Source: an uncultured Gammaproteobacteria bacterium (GTDB taxonomy: Bacteria > Pseudomonadota > Gammaproteobacteria > Magnimaribacterales > D2472). Taken from it: 64,000 nt of DNA. The translations under genes were made by a program, and so were the position numbers. This document shows, in pieces, positions 11,474-21,642 of this stretch. The stretch's first letter is position 1; each line of letters begins with the position of its first letter. A model generated the notes under the pieces. The model was given only the letters and a program-made list of their open reading frames with translations, was not told where the DNA came from and ran no database searches. The stretch spans positions 87,482-151,481 of the forward strand of contig CAYQIT010000002.1 in NCBI GenBank assembly GCA_964417685.1, written 5' to 3'.

Positions 11474-13753
11474 TTGGCTTTAACAGTAAAACAATTTGCA
11501 AAAGTATTAAAAATTTCTGATTCTGCTCTTTTAGAAAGAATGCAGAATGCTGGATTAAAACATTCAAGCAGCTCTGATGAAATCACTCCTGCTGATAAGC
11601 AGGCGCTGCTCAAATCTCTAAAAGGTAGCAAAGCTGCAGCAGCAAAATCAGTTACTCCTTCTGGAAATATAACTGTTACCTCAAAAAACAAGACTACCTC
11701 TGAAACTCAACCAATTAAGAGTTACTCTGACAATATTGAAGCAAAAAGAGCTGCAGCCTCTGAGCAATTAAAAGAGCAACAAAAGAAAAGAGAAGAGCAA
11801 CTTAAAGAAGCAGCTAGATTAAAACAAGATGAACAAAAGAAAAAAGAAAAATTCAGAGCAGCAACCAAAACCGCTGAAAGGCCTGCAAAAAAAGTAAATG
11901 TTAAAGACCAACTTTCATCCGCTGTAAATGCTTACAAGAGAAGAGAAGGCAAGTTTCAATCCGAAGGTGACCATCAATTTGAAGCACCTGCAGAATTTAT
12001 TCAAAAAGAGATTCAAATTCCATCTTCAATACAGGTAGGCGAGTTAGGTAAGCTAATGGCAGTCAAAGGTGGTATTGTAGTCAAAAATCTCATGTCTCTT
12101 GGAGTACCTGCAACAATTAATGACATTATTGATCAGGAAACAGCAATTCTTGTGGTTGAAGAAATAGGCCATATTGGTGTTGCTATTGAAGAGGAAGATG
12201 TTGAAGAGAATTTTGCTAATTTAATAGAGTATAAAGATGAGCCATCATCAAGATCACCAGTTGTTACTGTAATGGGGCATGTTGATCATGGTAAGACAAC
12301 ATTATTAGATTACATAAGAAAAACAAAAGTGGTTGACGGTGAGGCTGGAGGTATTACTCAGCATATAGGTGCATATCAGGTTGAGACTTCAAAAGGAAAT
12401 ATTACATTTATAGATACACCAGGGCATGCTGCTTTTTCATCAATGAGAGCAAGAGGTGCAAATACGACTGACATAGTTATATTAGTTGTTGCAGCTAATG
12501 ATGGTATTAAGCCGCAAACTGAAGAGGCAATAAATCATGCGAAAGCTGCAGGAGTCTCAATTGTGGTGGCTATTAATAAAATGGATTTAACTGGTGCAGA
12601 TGCTGAAAAAGTAAAAGGTGATTTGGCTGCTAAAGAATTAGTGCCTGAAGATTGGGGTGGAAACATTCAGATGATACCTGTTTCTGCGCTTAAAGGTGAC
12701 GGTGTTGATAAGTTATTAGAATCCCTTCTATTAGAGGCTGAACTTTTAGAATTAAAGGCTTCTTATGATGGCCCGGCTCAAGGTGTTGTTATTGAATCAG
12801 AGCTTGATAAGTTCAAGGGCTCTGTGGCTACTCTTCTTGTTCAGAATGGAACTATGAAAGTAGGGGATCTAATTGCTGCAGGAAATGCAATTGGTAAAAT
12901 TAAGAGCATCACTTCAGGCGAAGGATCAAAAGAAAAAAGTGTAGGCCCATCTGCAGCTGTTGAGGTTTTGGGTTTAAATAGCGTTCCTAATGCTGGTGAT
13001 GTTTTTCAAGTAGTTAAAAATGAAAAACAAGCAAGAGAAATTGTTGAGTTTAGGATAGATAAAGAAAAGGAAAGAAAATTACTAAAGCAAAAAGATGAAT
13101 CGGTAGGAAATTTATTTGAATCTTTTGGGCAGGATGCCAAAAAGGTTCTTAACATAATTATTAAGACTGATGTTGGCGGAACATGTGAGGCAATTATTGC
13201 AGCACTTAATGATTTAGCTAATGACTTAGCCAAAGTTAAGATTGTTGCTAGCGGTGTTGGGGGAATTTCAGAGTCAGATGTAAATCTTGCACTTGCAACA
13301 GACGCAATTATATTAGGTTTTAATGTAAGAGCAGATAACACTGCTAAGAAAATTGCAGAAGAGGAGTCTATACCTCTAAATTATCACAGTATTATTTATG
13401 AGCTTCTTGATGATGTTAAGGCAAGGATGAGCGGATTGCTTGATCCAATAATCAAAGAAGAAATTATTGGAACTGCCGAGGTATTGGAAGTCTTCAATTC
13501 TCCAAAATTTGGTCAAGTTGCTGGATGTATGGTTGTTGAAGGTTCTGTGAACCGTAATAAACCAGTTAGAGTTTTAAGAGATGATATAGTTATTTTTGAA
13601 GGTGAGCTTAATTCACTTAGAAGATTTAAAGATGATGTATCTGAAGTTAAAAACGGTAGTGAATGTGGCATGGGTATAAAAAACTACAAAGATATTAGAC
13701 CAAAAGATAAAATTGAAGTCTTTGATAGAAAAGAGGAAGCTCAGACTATCTAA
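11474..13753 (+). CDS. infB: Translation initiation factor IF-2
   Basis: 759 aa with a TTG start. Charged K/E/A-rich N-terminal region, and GTPase motifs [17 protein letters not shown] and NKMD. Confidence 0.96.
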   Translation: MALTVKQFAKVLKISDSALLERMQNAGLKHSSSSDEITPADKQALLKSLKGSKAAAAKSVTPSGNITVTSKNKTTSETQPIKSYSDNIEAKRAAASEQLKEQQKKREEQLKEAARLKQDEQKKKEKFRAATKTAERPAKKVNVKDQLSSAVNAYKRREGKFQSEGDHQFEAPAEFIQKEIQIPSSIQVGELGKLMAVKGGIVVKNLMSLGVPATINDIIDQETAILVVEEIGHIGVAIEEEDVEENFANLIEYKDEPSSRSPVVTVMGHVDHGKTTLLDYIRKTKVVDGEAGGITQHIGAYQVETSKGNITFIDTPGHAAFSSMRARGANTTDIVILVVAANDGIKPQTEEAINHAKAAGVSIVVAINKMDLTGADAEKVKGDLAAKELVPEDWGGNIQMIPVSALKGDGVDKLLESLLLEAELLELKASYDGPAQGVVIESELDKFKGSVATLLVQNGTMKVGDLIAAGNAIGKIKSITSGEGSKEKSVGPSAAVEVLGLNSVPNAGDVFQVVKNEKQAREIVEFRIDKEKERKLLKQKDESVGNLFESFGQDAKKVLNIIIKTDVGGTCEAIIAALNDLANDLAKVKIVASGVGGISESDVNLALATDAIILGFNVRADNTAKKIAEEESIPLNYHSIIYELLDDVKARMSGLLDPIIKEEIIGTAEVLEVFNSPKFGQVAGCMVVEGSVNRNKPVRVLRDDIVIFEGELNSLRRFKDDVSEVKNGSECGMGIKNYKDIRPKDKIEVFDRKEEAQTI

Positions 13754-13759
13754 TTTTAT

Positions 13760-14104
13760 ATGAGTTCTTTAAGAGCAGAGAAAATTGCAGACGAGCTAAA
13801 AAAAGAGATCTCTCTAATTATCAATCGAGAAACCAAGGACCCAAGACTAAAAAATTTAAATATTAATGCCGTGAAGGTATCTGATGATATTGGTATAGCA
13901 ACTGTATATTATTCAATAATAGGACAGTCTATTTTAAAAGCTGAGAGCAGCTTAGATAAAAGTATTTTAAAAAAATTTTCTGGAATGGTTAGATCTAGAC
14001 TTGCTAAAACAATGAAAATTAGAAGGGTTCCCATTATAAATTTTAGATTTGATGAAAGTATTGAGTATTCTGAAAATATTGAAAGGCTTCTTCAAGATTT
14101 ATAA
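13760..14104 (+). CDS. rbfA: Ribosome-binding factor A
   Basis: 114 aa with an RbfA-like sequence (RAEKIADELKKEISLII...DPRL). Conserved infB-rbfA-truB order. Confidence 0.88.
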   Translation: MSSLRAEKIADELKKEISLIINRETKDPRLKNLNINAVKVSDDIGIATVYYSIIGQSILKAESSLDKSILKKFSGMVRSRLAKTMKIRRVPIINFRFDESIEYSENIERLLQDL

Positions 14105-14111
14105 TTTATAA

Positions 14112-14951
14112 ATGAATGGCTTTATAAATTTAATTAAAAAGAAGGGTATTAGTTCTAATACCGCTCTTCAAGAAGCAAAAAGAAAACTTAAGATAAGGAA
14201 GGCAGGTCATCTTGGTACATTAGACCCAATGGCACATGGTGTTCTTGTGTTAGGGATTAATAGAGGGACTAAGTTTTCATCTTACTTTCTTGAAAGTGAT
14301 AAAACCTATAAGGCAGAAATTACTCTTGGCGCATCTACTGATACAGATGACGCAACGGGTGAAATAATTGCAGAATCTTCAAAAAAAGTTTGCGCTAAAG
14401 AGGTTGAAATAGCACTCGAGACATTTATCGGAAAGTTTATGCAGGTCCCACCCAGCTACTCTGCGTTGAAGTATAAAGGAAAACCACTATACAAGTATGC
14501 TAGAGAAGGTAAGCCAATATCTAAACCACCAAGAGAAATCAACATTTATACTATTAAAAATTTCGCATTTAAAAATAATATTTGTATTTGTGAAATTTAT
14601 TGCTCAAAAGGAACATATATAAGATCAATTGCTAGAGATCTTGGAAAAATACTTGGAGTAGGGGGTCATCTTTCTGGTTTAGAAAGAATTGAGCAAGGAA
14701 TTTTTAATATCAAAGATGCTTTTACAATTGAACAGCTCAATGAAGATTCAATTCTGTCAATTGAAAGCGCATTTCCAAATTTTTTAGATATTAGTCTAAG
14801 TTCTGATGAAACAAGATTTTTTTTAAATGGAGTAAAAATCAAAAATCAGAAGCATTCAGATGCTATTTATAAAATATATAGTGATGAGAGTATTTTCTTA
14901 GGACTTGGCGAAGTTCACGACTCTATTCTAAAGCTTAAACAGCTTGTTTAA
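14112..14951 (+). CDS. truB: tRNA pseudouridine-55 synthase
   Basis: 279 aa with catalytic Asp motif KAGHLGTLDPMAHGVL and YSALKYKGKPLY. Confidence 0.9.
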   Translation: MNGFINLIKKKGISSNTALQEAKRKLKIRKAGHLGTLDPMAHGVLVLGINRGTKFSSYFLESDKTYKAEITLGASTDTDDATGEIIAESSKKVCAKEVEIALETFIGKFMQVPPSYSALKYKGKPLYKYAREGKPISKPPREINIYTIKNFAFKNNICICEIYCSKGTYIRSIARDLGKILGVGGHLSGLERIEQGIFNIKDAFTIEQLNEDSILSIESAFPNFLDISLSSDETRFFLNGVKIKNQKHSDAIYKIYSDESIFLGLGEVHDSILKLKQLV

Positions 14952-15037
14952 TGATCGAATAAGGTTTAAAGTACACCGGCTTGCTTTAGTTGCACAAGGC
15001 AGCATTCTTTTTAACATGTGCATCGAGGAATTTAATA

Positions 15038-15307
15038 ATGGCATTAATAGCTAAAGAAAAAGAACAAATAGTTGAAAAATTCAAAAAAAGCGATAACGAC
15101 ACTGGATCCCCAGAAGTTCAAATTGCTCTATTAACTGAAAACATAAATAAATTACAAAGTCACTTTAAAGAACACAAGAAAGATCATCATTCCAGAACTG
15201 GATTAATTAGGATGGTTAATCTGAGAAGAAAATTGCTGGCTTATTTAAAAAGAAAAAACCCAGAAAGTTACGCAAATATTATTAAAGAGCTTAAACTTAG
15301 AGGGTAA
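15038..15307 (+). CDS. rpsO: 30S ribosomal protein S15
   Basis: Start set at the ATG at 15038 ([17 protein letters not shown]...), giving the canonical 89 aa. Contains [14 protein letters not shown] and [15 protein letters not shown]-type motifs. Confidence 0.95.
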   Translation: MALIAKEKEQIVEKFKKSDNDTGSPEVQIALLTENINKLQSHFKEHKKDHHSRTGLIRMVNLRRKLLAYLKRKNPESYANIIKELKLRG

Positions 15308-15324
15308 TAAGAAAAAGGAAAAAC

Positions 15325-17454
15325 GTGGAAAATAATAAATTAGAGTCTACAACGGTAGAATTCAAGTACGGAAATAAATTAGTAAAATTAGAAACAAATA
15401 AAGTAGCAAGGCAAGCAACAGCAGCAGTAGTAGTAACAATAGATGATTTAGTTGTTCTCACAACAGTTGTAGCTAAAAAAGATGCAGATCCAGCTAAGGA
15501 TTTCTTCCCTCTAGCGGTTTTTTATCAAGAAAAGTTTTACGCAACAGGCGCTATACCTGGAGGCTTTTTTAAAAGAGAGGCTAGGCCTACTGAAAGAGAA
15601 ACACTTACATCAAGGCTTATAGATAGACCTATTAGGCCTTTATTCGCTGAGAGTTTTAAAAATGAAGTACAGGTTTTTTGTACAGTTTTATCATCAGGTA
15701 AGGATCAAAATCCAGATATAGCTGCAATGATTGGCGCTTCAGCGGCCTTATGTGTAGCTGGTGTTCCATTTGACGGTCCAATGGGCGCAGCTAGAGTTGG
15801 TTTTATTGATGGCAATTACGTGCTTAATCCATCTTTTGCTGAATTGGAAGAATCATTCCTTGATATGGTCGTAGCTGGAACTGAAGAAGCAGTTCTCATG
15901 GTTGAATCAGAAGCAAAAGAACTTAATGAAGACCTTATGCTTGGAGCCGTATTATTTGGTCATCAAGAAATGCAGGCTGTTGTAGATGCATGCAAAGAAT
16001 TGAAAGAAAAAGCAGGTAAGGAAGATTGGGTTCTGCAAGAAGATGAAGAAAGCCCAGTATATGCAGCTGAATTAGCAGAAAAATTTACTGATAAAATTTC
16101 TAATGCTTTTACTATTAAAGACAAAAAAGAAAGAACATCTGCCATAGGGGAAATTAAGAACAGTATTGTTGAATCTTATCCTGACGCTGATGACATTCAG
16201 ATTGGTAAAGTGCTTGGAGCTTTTAAAAATCTTGAGAAAGATATCGTTAGAAAAAATATCCTAAGCAACCAGCCTAGAATAGATGGTCGAGATAGAGATA
16301 CAGTAAGGCCTATATACGTAGAAACAGATATTCTTCCTAGCACTCATGGATCATCTTTATTTACTAGGGGTGAAACACAAGCTATGGTTGTTGCAACACT
16401 TGGCTCATCAAGAGATGCGCAAAGAATTGAATCTATTGAAGGCCAAAGCACAGATAATTTTATGCTTCATTACAATTTCCCAGCTTATAGTGTTGGAGAA
16501 ATTGGTATGCCTATGGGTCCAAAGAGAAGAGAAATTGGACATGGAAATTTAGCAAAAAGAGCAATAAAGGCTGTATTGCCTGATGTTGAAGAATTTGGAT
16601 ACACAATGAGGGTTGTATCAGAAATAACTGAATCAAATGGGTCAAGCTCAATGGCTTCTGTTTGTGGTACTTCTCTTTCTCTTATGGATGCTGGAGTTCC
16701 TATTTCTAATCCTGTTGCGGGCATTGCGATGGGCTTAATTAAAGAGGGAGACGATTTTGCTGTTCTTACTGACATACTAGGTGATGAAGATCATTTAGGA
16801 GATATGGATTTCAAAGTTGCTGGAACTAAGAATGGTATTACAGCATTGCAAATGGACATCAAGATCCAAGGTATTAATGAAGCAATAATGGATACTGCCT
16901 TAACAAAAGCTAAAGTTGCCATTGATCATATCTTAGGAATTATGAATGAAACAATTTCATCTCCTAAAGAGCTTTCAGAAAATGCTCCTGCAATGAAAAC
17001 TTTTATGGTTGATAAAGATAAAATTAAGGAAATCATCGGAAAAGGCGGAGCAGTTATCAAAGGTATGCAAGAAGAAACTGGTGCTACAGTTGATGTAAGT
17101 GATGATGGTACCGTTTCTGTCTTTGGCCAGGATCAAACCTCAATGAAGGAATGCTTAGCTATTATTGAGGGCATTCTTGAAGAACCAGAGCTCAACAAAG
17201 TTTACAACGGAAAGGTTGTAAAGATTGTTGATTTTGGTGCCTTTGTTAATATTCTTCCTGGTAAAGATGGTTTATTGCATATATCTGAAATTTCTCACGA
17301 GAGAACAGAAAGTGTTTCAGCTGTATACTCAGAAGGTGATGAAGTAAAAGTTAAACTTATAGGTTTTGATAGAGGAAAAATGAAGCTTTCAGTTAAAGCT
17401 CTCGAAGAAAAAAAACCTAAAGAATCCGCTGATCCTGAAGAAAAATCAGAATAA
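15325..17454 (+). CDS. pnp: Polynucleotide phosphorylase
   Basis: 709 aa with a GTG start preceded by AAGGA. Two RNase PH domains followed by KH and S1 domains. Confidence 0.97.
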   Translation: MENNKLESTTVEFKYGNKLVKLETNKVARQATAAVVVTIDDLVVLTTVVAKKDADPAKDFFPLAVFYQEKFYATGAIPGGFFKREARPTERETLTSRLIDRPIRPLFAESFKNEVQVFCTVLSSGKDQNPDIAAMIGASAALCVAGVPFDGPMGAARVGFIDGNYVLNPSFAELEESFLDMVVAGTEEAVLMVESEAKELNEDLMLGAVLFGHQEMQAVVDACKELKEKAGKEDWVLQEDEESPVYAAELAEKFTDKISNAFTIKDKKERTSAIGEIKNSIVESYPDADDIQIGKVLGAFKNLEKDIVRKNILSNQPRIDGRDRDTVRPIYVETDILPSTHGSSLFTRGETQAMVVATLGSSRDAQRIESIEGQSTDNFMLHYNFPAYSVGEIGMPMGPKRREIGHGNLAKRAIKAVLPDVEEFGYTMRVVSEITESNGSSSMASVCGTSLSLMDAGVPISNPVAGIAMGLIKEGDDFAVLTDILGDEDHLGDMDFKVAGTKNGITALQMDIKIQGINEAIMDTALTKAKVAIDHILGIMNETISSPKELSENAPAMKTFMVDKDKIKEIIGKGGAVIKGMQEETGATVDVSDDGTVSVFGQDQTSMKECLAIIEGILEEPELNKVYNGKVVKIVDFGAFVNILPGKDGLLHISEISHERTESVSAVYSEGDEVKVKLIGFDRGKMKLSVKALEEKKPKESADPEEKSE

Positions 17455-17472
17455 ATAATCTCGTTAAAATAT

Positions 17473-17505
17473 AAATTCTCAAAAGTCAAATTTTGAGAAT
17501 TTTTT
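17473..17505 (+). terminator. Rho-independent terminator of the rpsO-pnp unit
   Basis: A perfect 12-bp stem AAATTCTCAAAA / TTTTGAGAATTT with a 6-nt loop runs into a T-tract, 19 nt after the pnp stop. Confidence 0.65.
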
Positions 17506-17588
17506 ATTTAATAATATTTGCCAGTAATCCCTATTTGTGGTTTTATATAATCTGCAAAACATAAAAAAACCTATAGGGGGGAAATATT

Positions 17589-17804
17589 ATGGATAATGCA
17601 TGGAGAATGATAGGCGACTTAGTTAGTAATCTAACTACTGTTATAACTGGTATTTTAGGTCTAGGAATTGTTGGAAGCTTAGCTTTTGGTGATATGTTAG
17701 GTCTTGATGTTATTGGAAATATAACTTCATTAGTTAGCGATCTTGCTAATGGTGGAGTTGTAGGACTTCTAGTACTAGCAGTTCTAATGAGCCTACTTAA
17801 GTAA
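17589..17804 (+). CDS. Small predicted 2-TM membrane protein (71 aa), unknown function, paralog of the next ORF
   Basis: Strong SD (GGGGGG, 7 nt before the ATG). There are two hydrophobic segments, VITGILGLGIVGSLAF and VVGLLVLAVLMSLL. The loop motif GNITSLVSDLAN matches the neighbouring ORF at the same residue numbers. A possible promoter TTGCCA-N17-TTTTAT (with TGn) lies at 17518-17546. Confidence 0.55.
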   Translation: MDNAWRMIGDLVSNLTTVITGILGLGIVGSLAFGDMLGLDVIGNITSLVSDLANGGVVGLLVLAVLMSLLK

Positions 17805-17820
17805 TTACTTAAGAATCCAA

Positions 17821-17846
17821 TTAGGAAGGGCGTAAGCCCTTCCTAA
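17821..17846 (+). other. GC-rich perfect hairpin with GNRA tetraloop between the two small ORFs
   Basis: TTAGGAAGGGC-GTAA-GCCCTTCCTAA forms an 11-bp perfect stem. No U-tract follows on either strand, so it is not a canonical terminator. It is conspicuous in an AT-rich background. Confidence 0.6.
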
Positions 17847-17865
17847 ACTTGAAGGATATAAAAAA

Positions 17866-18099
17866 ATGAACTTTAAAGTAACAATAGCAAGCCTCACAAC
17901 ATTTCTAAACAAGATCACCAAGTTATTGATACCACTTGTTGTAGTATCTCTTCTTCTTGGAATAATCTTTGGTGTAGATACTCCATTTGTAGGCGATGTT
18001 TATAATAACGTTTCAAATATATTAAATATGCTAGGAGAAGATGCTCTTCTTGCTTTAGTATCTTTAATAATAATTCTTAGCTACTTTAAAAAAGACTAA
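17866..18099 (+). CDS. Small predicted 2-TM membrane protein (77 aa), unknown function, paralog of the previous ORF
   Basis: SD GAAGGA upstream. There are two hydrophobic segments, LLIPLVVVSLLLGIIF and ALLALVSLIIILSYF. Loop motif GDVYNNVSNILN. Lys-rich C-terminus. Confidence 0.55.
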   Translation: MNFKVTIASLTTFLNKITKLLIPLVVVSLLLGIIFGVDTPFVGDVYNNVSNILNMLGEDALLALVSLIIILSYFKKD

Positions 18100-18165
18100 T
18101 CTCTATAAATTAATAAGTTTTATCGACCAAGATAAAATTCTTAATCCTGTTTTCTAATAATAAAA

Positions 18166-18242
18166 TGGTGGCTATGGGTGGAATTGAACCACCGACCCCA
18201 GCGTTATGAGTGCTGTGCTCTAACCATCTGAGCTACATAGCC
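18166..18242 (-). tRNA. tRNA-Met (anticodon CAT), elongator type
   Basis: The reverse complement reads GGCTATGTAGCTCAGATGGTTAGAGCACAGCACTCATAACGCTGGGGTCGGTGGTTCAATTCCACCCATAGCCACCA. It closely resembles E. coli elongator tRNA-Met as I recall it. A lysidine-modified tRNA-Ile2 cannot be excluded from sequence alone. There is an A31-C39 mismatch. Confidence 0.8.
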
Positions 18243-18255
18243 AAGTGTAGATTGA

Positions 18256-18283
18256 ATCATAATTATATCTAATCTATAGTCAA
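18256..18283 (-). promoter_or_regulatory. Candidate sigma-70 promoter for tRNA-Met
   Basis: On the minus strand: TTGACT, a 16-nt spacer, then TATGAT. The -10 ends 13 nt upstream of the mature tRNA 5' end. Confidence 0.35.
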
Positions 18284-18295
18284 TATAATTTAAAT

Positions 18296-19384
18296 CTAAA
18301 CATTAAATTTAAAGTGGATAATATCTCCATCTTTAACAATGTAATCTTTACCCTCTAATCTTAATTTACCCTTTTCCCTTGAACCTTGCTCGCCCTTACA
18401 TTCAATATAATCAGAATAAGATATAACCTCAGCCTTAATAAAACCTTTCTCAAAGTCAGTGTGTATAACACCAGCTGCCTTTGGTGCTAAAGAATCCTTT
18501 TGTATAGTCCATGCCCTCAACTCACTAGGGCCTGCTGTGAAATATGTTTCTAATCCTAGAATTTGATAACCTTTAAAAATAATTTTATTTAATACAGGTT
18601 CATCCATGCCCATAAGTTCTAAGTACTCAATTCTTTCCTCATTTTCAAGAGATGCTATTTCTTGTTCAATTTTAATTGATGCCGGGATTACAGTTGTGTT
18701 TGATTCAGTGGCAAACTTTTGTAGTATTGATAATTGCTCATCTGAAGTTCCATCCTCAGATATGTTTGCAATGTAAAATATAGGTTTGGTGCTTAATAGT
18801 TGAAATTGATTAACAATTTTTTTATCTTCATTAGAAAATTTATTTATATCTATTAAGTTACCAGATTCAAGATCTTTTTTAATTTCAATAAGCAATTCAT
18901 ATTGTTCTTTATTTTTTTTGTCATTAGTCTTAAGAAGCTTTTCGCATTTTAATATTCTTTTAGAAACTGATTCTAAATCAGCCAATATTAATTCAAGGTT
19001 AATAATCTCTGCATCTTTAACGGGATTAATTTCACCATCTACATGAGTAATATTTTTGTCTTCGAAGCACCTCACCACATGAGCCAGAGCATTCATTTCT
19101 CTTATATTGGATAGAAATGCATTGCCAAGACCCTCTCCCTTAGATGCTCCTTTAACTAATCCAGCAATATCAACTAAATCTAATGTTGCAGGGACAATTT
19201 TTTCAGATGAAACAATTTTTTGTATTTCCGCCAATCGATTATCAGGAAGTTGAACCTTACCAACATTTGGCTCGATAGTACAAAATGGGAAATTTTCAGC
19301 AGGAATTGACGAATTAGTCAGTGCATTAAATAGGGTAGACTTTCCAACATTTGGTAGCCCAATAATTCCACACTTAAATCCCAT
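18296..19384 (-). CDS. ychF: Ribosome-binding ATPase YchF
   Basis: Start moved to [23 protein letters not shown] (the ATG at 19384, one nt after the pth stop), giving 362 aa. It has an OBG-type P-loop and a TGS-like C-terminus. Confidence 0.93.
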   Translation of the reverse strand: MGFKCGIIGLPNVGKSTLFNALTNSSIPAENFPFCTIEPNVGKVQLPDNRLAEIQKIVSSEKIVPATLDLVDIAGLVKGASKGEGLGNAFLSNIREMNALAHVVRCFEDKNITHVDGEINPVKDAEIINLELILADLESVSKRILKCEKLLKTNDKKNKEQYELLIEIKKDLESGNLIDINKFSNEDKKIVNQFQLLSTKPIFYIANISEDGTSDEQLSILQKFATESNTTVIPASIKIEQEIASLENEERIEYLELMGMDEPVLNKIIFKGYQILGLETYFTAGPSELRAWTIQKDSLAPKAAGVIHTDFEKGFIKAEVISYSDYIECKGEQGSREKGKLRLEGKDYIVKDGDIIHFKFNV

Positions 19385-19385
19385 G

Positions 19386-19952
19386 TTAGTCTGTATGAAG
19401 GTATTTCTGAGCTTCTGCAAATTCTTTATTACAGATTTTAGTAAAAGTGCCTAGTAGCTTGCTATAACTTCTTTTTAAGCATTCTTTATCAGCTGGGTTA
19501 AATTTACTCAGAACCCATTTATTAACTTCAGATTTCATTCCAGGATGGCCAATGCCGATTCTTATTCTTATAAATTCTTTTGATCCTGTTTTTTGAAAAA
19601 TATCTTTAAGGCCGTTATGGCCTCCATGACCACCATCAATTTTAAGGCGAACATCACCAGGGTTAAGATCCAAATCATCATGAAGAACTATAATGTTTTT
19701 CATATCAAGATTATTATTTTTAATTATCTTCTTAACAGTTGATCCTGAATTATTAACATAATTATCTGGCACAACCCAGAGAACTCTTCCTTCATGAGAT
19801 GAGGCTATTGATGATTCAAATTTTTTCTTAGGCTCAAAGGTAAGATTAAGTTCTTGAGAAAGGGCAACTAACCAGTCTTTTCCAATGTTATGTTTAGTTT
19901 GATCATACTTTGTACCTGGATTTCCAAGCCCTATAAAGCATAGATCGAACAT
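19386..19952 (-). CDS. pth: Peptidyl-tRNA hydrolase
   Basis: 188 aa with GLGNPGTKYDQTKHNIG and GHGGHNGLKDI motifs. Confidence 0.93.
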   Translation of the reverse strand: MFDLCFIGLGNPGTKYDQTKHNIGKDWLVALSQELNLTFEPKKKFESSIASSHEGRVLWVVPDNYVNNSGSTVKKIIKNNNLDMKNIIVLHDDLDLNPGDVRLKIDGGHGGHNGLKDIFQKTGSKEFIRIRIGIGHPGMKSEVNKWVLSKFNPADKECLKRSYSKLLGTFTKICNKEFAEAQKYLHTD

Positions 19953-19963
19953 TTTATTTTACT

Positions 19964-20665
19964 TTATGCTTCTTCAGAGCCTTCGTCTGCATCTTCGCTT
20001 GATGAATCTTCGCCATCATCTTCAGAAGCAGCTTCTTCAGCTTCACCTTCGGCTTGATCATCAATAATAGGCTCTTCTTCGACTACTGCTTTAGGAGTAT
20101 TAATAGAAACAATCATCTGATCTGTAGTTTCATCAAGGCCAGGAATCTCACTTCCTTCTGGAAGATTTAGCTCTGTTAGTCTAATAGATCCACCTAGAGG
20201 AAGATCAATTACATCTACATCAATTGATTCTGGAATATTTCCTGCTGAGCATAAAATTTCAATTTCTCTAATTGATTTAGAAATTACACCACCTTCATTT
20301 TTGATACCTTCACAATCTTCCTCATTGACAAAGTTAACAGGTATAACTACTTTAAGTTTTGTTTTTCTTGAAACTCTCTGAAAGTCAGCATGAAGGAATT
20401 TACCTTTGGCAGGATCTCTTTGTAATTCTTTTAGAACAACTTTTTCTTCTTCTTCACCCGATTTGATAATAAGAACCTGAGTATAAAAAAGTTCGTTTTG
20501 AGAGGCTTTCGTTAATTCATTTAACCTAAGTTTGATATTTAATGAATCCTTTTCATCACCATAGATAATTGCAGGCACCATGCCATCAATATTTCTAATA
20601 ACGCGTGCTTTGTTAGACCCAGTTCTCTCTCTAGGATCAGCATTTAAAATTATTTGCTCACTCAT
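19964..20665 (-). CDS. rplY: 50S ribosomal protein L25, long Ctc form
   Basis: 233 aa. The N-terminal L25 domain is RERTGSNKARVIRNIDGMVPAIIYG. Ctc-type second domain plus an acidic C-terminal tail. Conserved prs-rplY-pth order. Confidence 0.88.
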   Translation of the reverse strand: MSEQIILNADPRERTGSNKARVIRNIDGMVPAIIYGDEKDSLNIKLRLNELTKASQNELFYTQVLIIKSGEEEEKVVLKELQRDPAKGKFLHADFQRVSRKTKLKVVIPVNFVNEEDCEGIKNEGGVISKSIREIEILCSAGNIPESIDVDVIDLPLGGSIRLTELNLPEGSEIPGLDETTDQMIVSINTPKAVVEEEPIIDDQAEGEAEEAASEDDGEDSSSEDADEGSEEA

Positions 20666-20674
20666 AATATCCTC

Positions 20675-21628
20675 TTATATAAAAATTTCACTTAATGATT
20701 CATCACGACTCAATCTCTTAATGCTTTCTGCAATAGTAGATGCTAGCGAAATGACGCGTATTTTACTGCATTTTTGTGCTTCGTGGGACAATGGGATCGA
20801 ATTTGTTACAACTAACTCATCAATTGATGAGTTTTCTAGTCTTTCAATTGCAGGTCCAGATAAAACAGGATGTGTGATATAAGCTTTAACAGCTTTAGCT
20901 CCTTTTTCTTTTAATGCATTTGCTGCATTGCAAAGTGTTCCGGCTGTATCAATAATATCGTCTGGAACAATACAGACTTTACCTTCAATATCACCAATAA
21001 TATTCATTACTTCAGACTGATTAGCAGCAGCTCTTCTTTTATCAATGATAGCCAAGTCAGTATCATCTAGTAGTTTTGCCAAAGCTCTTGAACGAACAAC
21101 ACCCCCAACATCTGGGGAGACAACAACAATTTCATTTCTTTCATTATTGTCTTTAATATCATCAACCATTAATTTTGTTGCATAAATATTATCTGCAGGC
21201 ATATCGAAGAAACCCTGTATGGTTTCAGAGTGAAGATCGATGGTTAAAACTCTATCGATGCCAACACTATAAAACATATCAGCAACAACTTTAGCGCTTA
21301 TTGGAACCCTAGCAGACCTAACCCTTCTATCTTGTCTAGCATATCCATAATATGGAACTATAGCTGTAATTTTTGATGCAGATGACCTCTTTAATGCATC
21401 AGCAAGTAACATAAGCTCCATTAAGTTTTTGTTACTTGGCGCACATGTTGACTGAATAATAAAAGTATCATGGCCACGAACATTGTCTTCAATTTGAACT
21501 TTAATCTCACCATCAGAGAAGTAGCCGACATCAGCAGGCGCTATAATTGTGCCTAGTATTGATGCAACTTCATTAGCTAATTCTGGATTTGCTGTTCCAG
21601 TAAATAGGTCAAGTTTTTTTACATTCAT
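20675..21628 (-). CDS. prs: Ribose-phosphate pyrophosphokinase
   Basis: 317 aa with motifs [10 protein letters not shown], the DLHS context and DDIIDTAGT. Confidence 0.96.
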   Translation of the reverse strand: MNVKKLDLFTGTANPELANEVASILGTIIAPADVGYFSDGEIKVQIEDNVRGHDTFIIQSTCAPSNKNLMELMLLADALKRSSASKITAIVPYYGYARQDRRVRSARVPISAKVVADMFYSVGIDRVLTIDLHSETIQGFFDMPADNIYATKLMVDDIKDNNERNEIVVVSPDVGGVVRSRALAKLLDDTDLAIIDKRRAAANQSEVMNIIGDIEGKVCIVPDDIIDTAGTLCNAANALKEKGAKAVKAYITHPVLSGPAIERLENSSIDELVVTNSIPLSHEAQKCSKIRVISLASTIAESIKRLSRDESLSEIFI

Positions 21629-21642
21629 AAGCTTACCCTAAA

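Noticed and set aside
14990-15037. Upstream alternative starts in the ORF track for rpsO (14990), mraZ (51739), murE (56067), ychF (19420), rplM (45240) and rpsI (45662).
   Set aside because: Homolog N-termini and neighbouring stop codons favour the downstream ATGs. The extensions add non-conserved residues or create long overlaps with the preceding gene.
15310-15327. The identical 15-nt translation-initiation context AAGGAAAAACGTGGA occurs at both the pnp start (15325) and the mreB start (31520).
   Set aside because: This is most simply a coincidence of a consensus SD, an A-rich spacer and a GTG start in an AT-rich genome. There is no extended similarity beyond it.
17589-18099. Specific identities considered for the two small membrane proteins: a class II or pinholin-type holin/antiholin pair, a two-peptide bacteriocin with a double-glycine leader (P1 has GG at 55-56), a filamentous-phage coat protein, or a type I toxin.
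   Set aside because: There is no endolysin, immunity gene, ABC-exporter gene or other phage gene nearby. The residues preceding the GG do not fit the LSxxELxxIxGG leader consensus, and a leader containing a TM helix is implausible. The C-termini are only weakly basic. Both have two TM segments, unlike typical type I toxins. They are left as unknown function.
17507-18242. The idea that the small-ORF region is a remnant of an element integrated at the 3' end of tRNA-Met.
   Set aside because: I could find no direct repeat of the tRNA 3' end (TGGTGGCTATGGGTGG...) near 17507-17590. There is no integrase, and the region is only about 650 bp.
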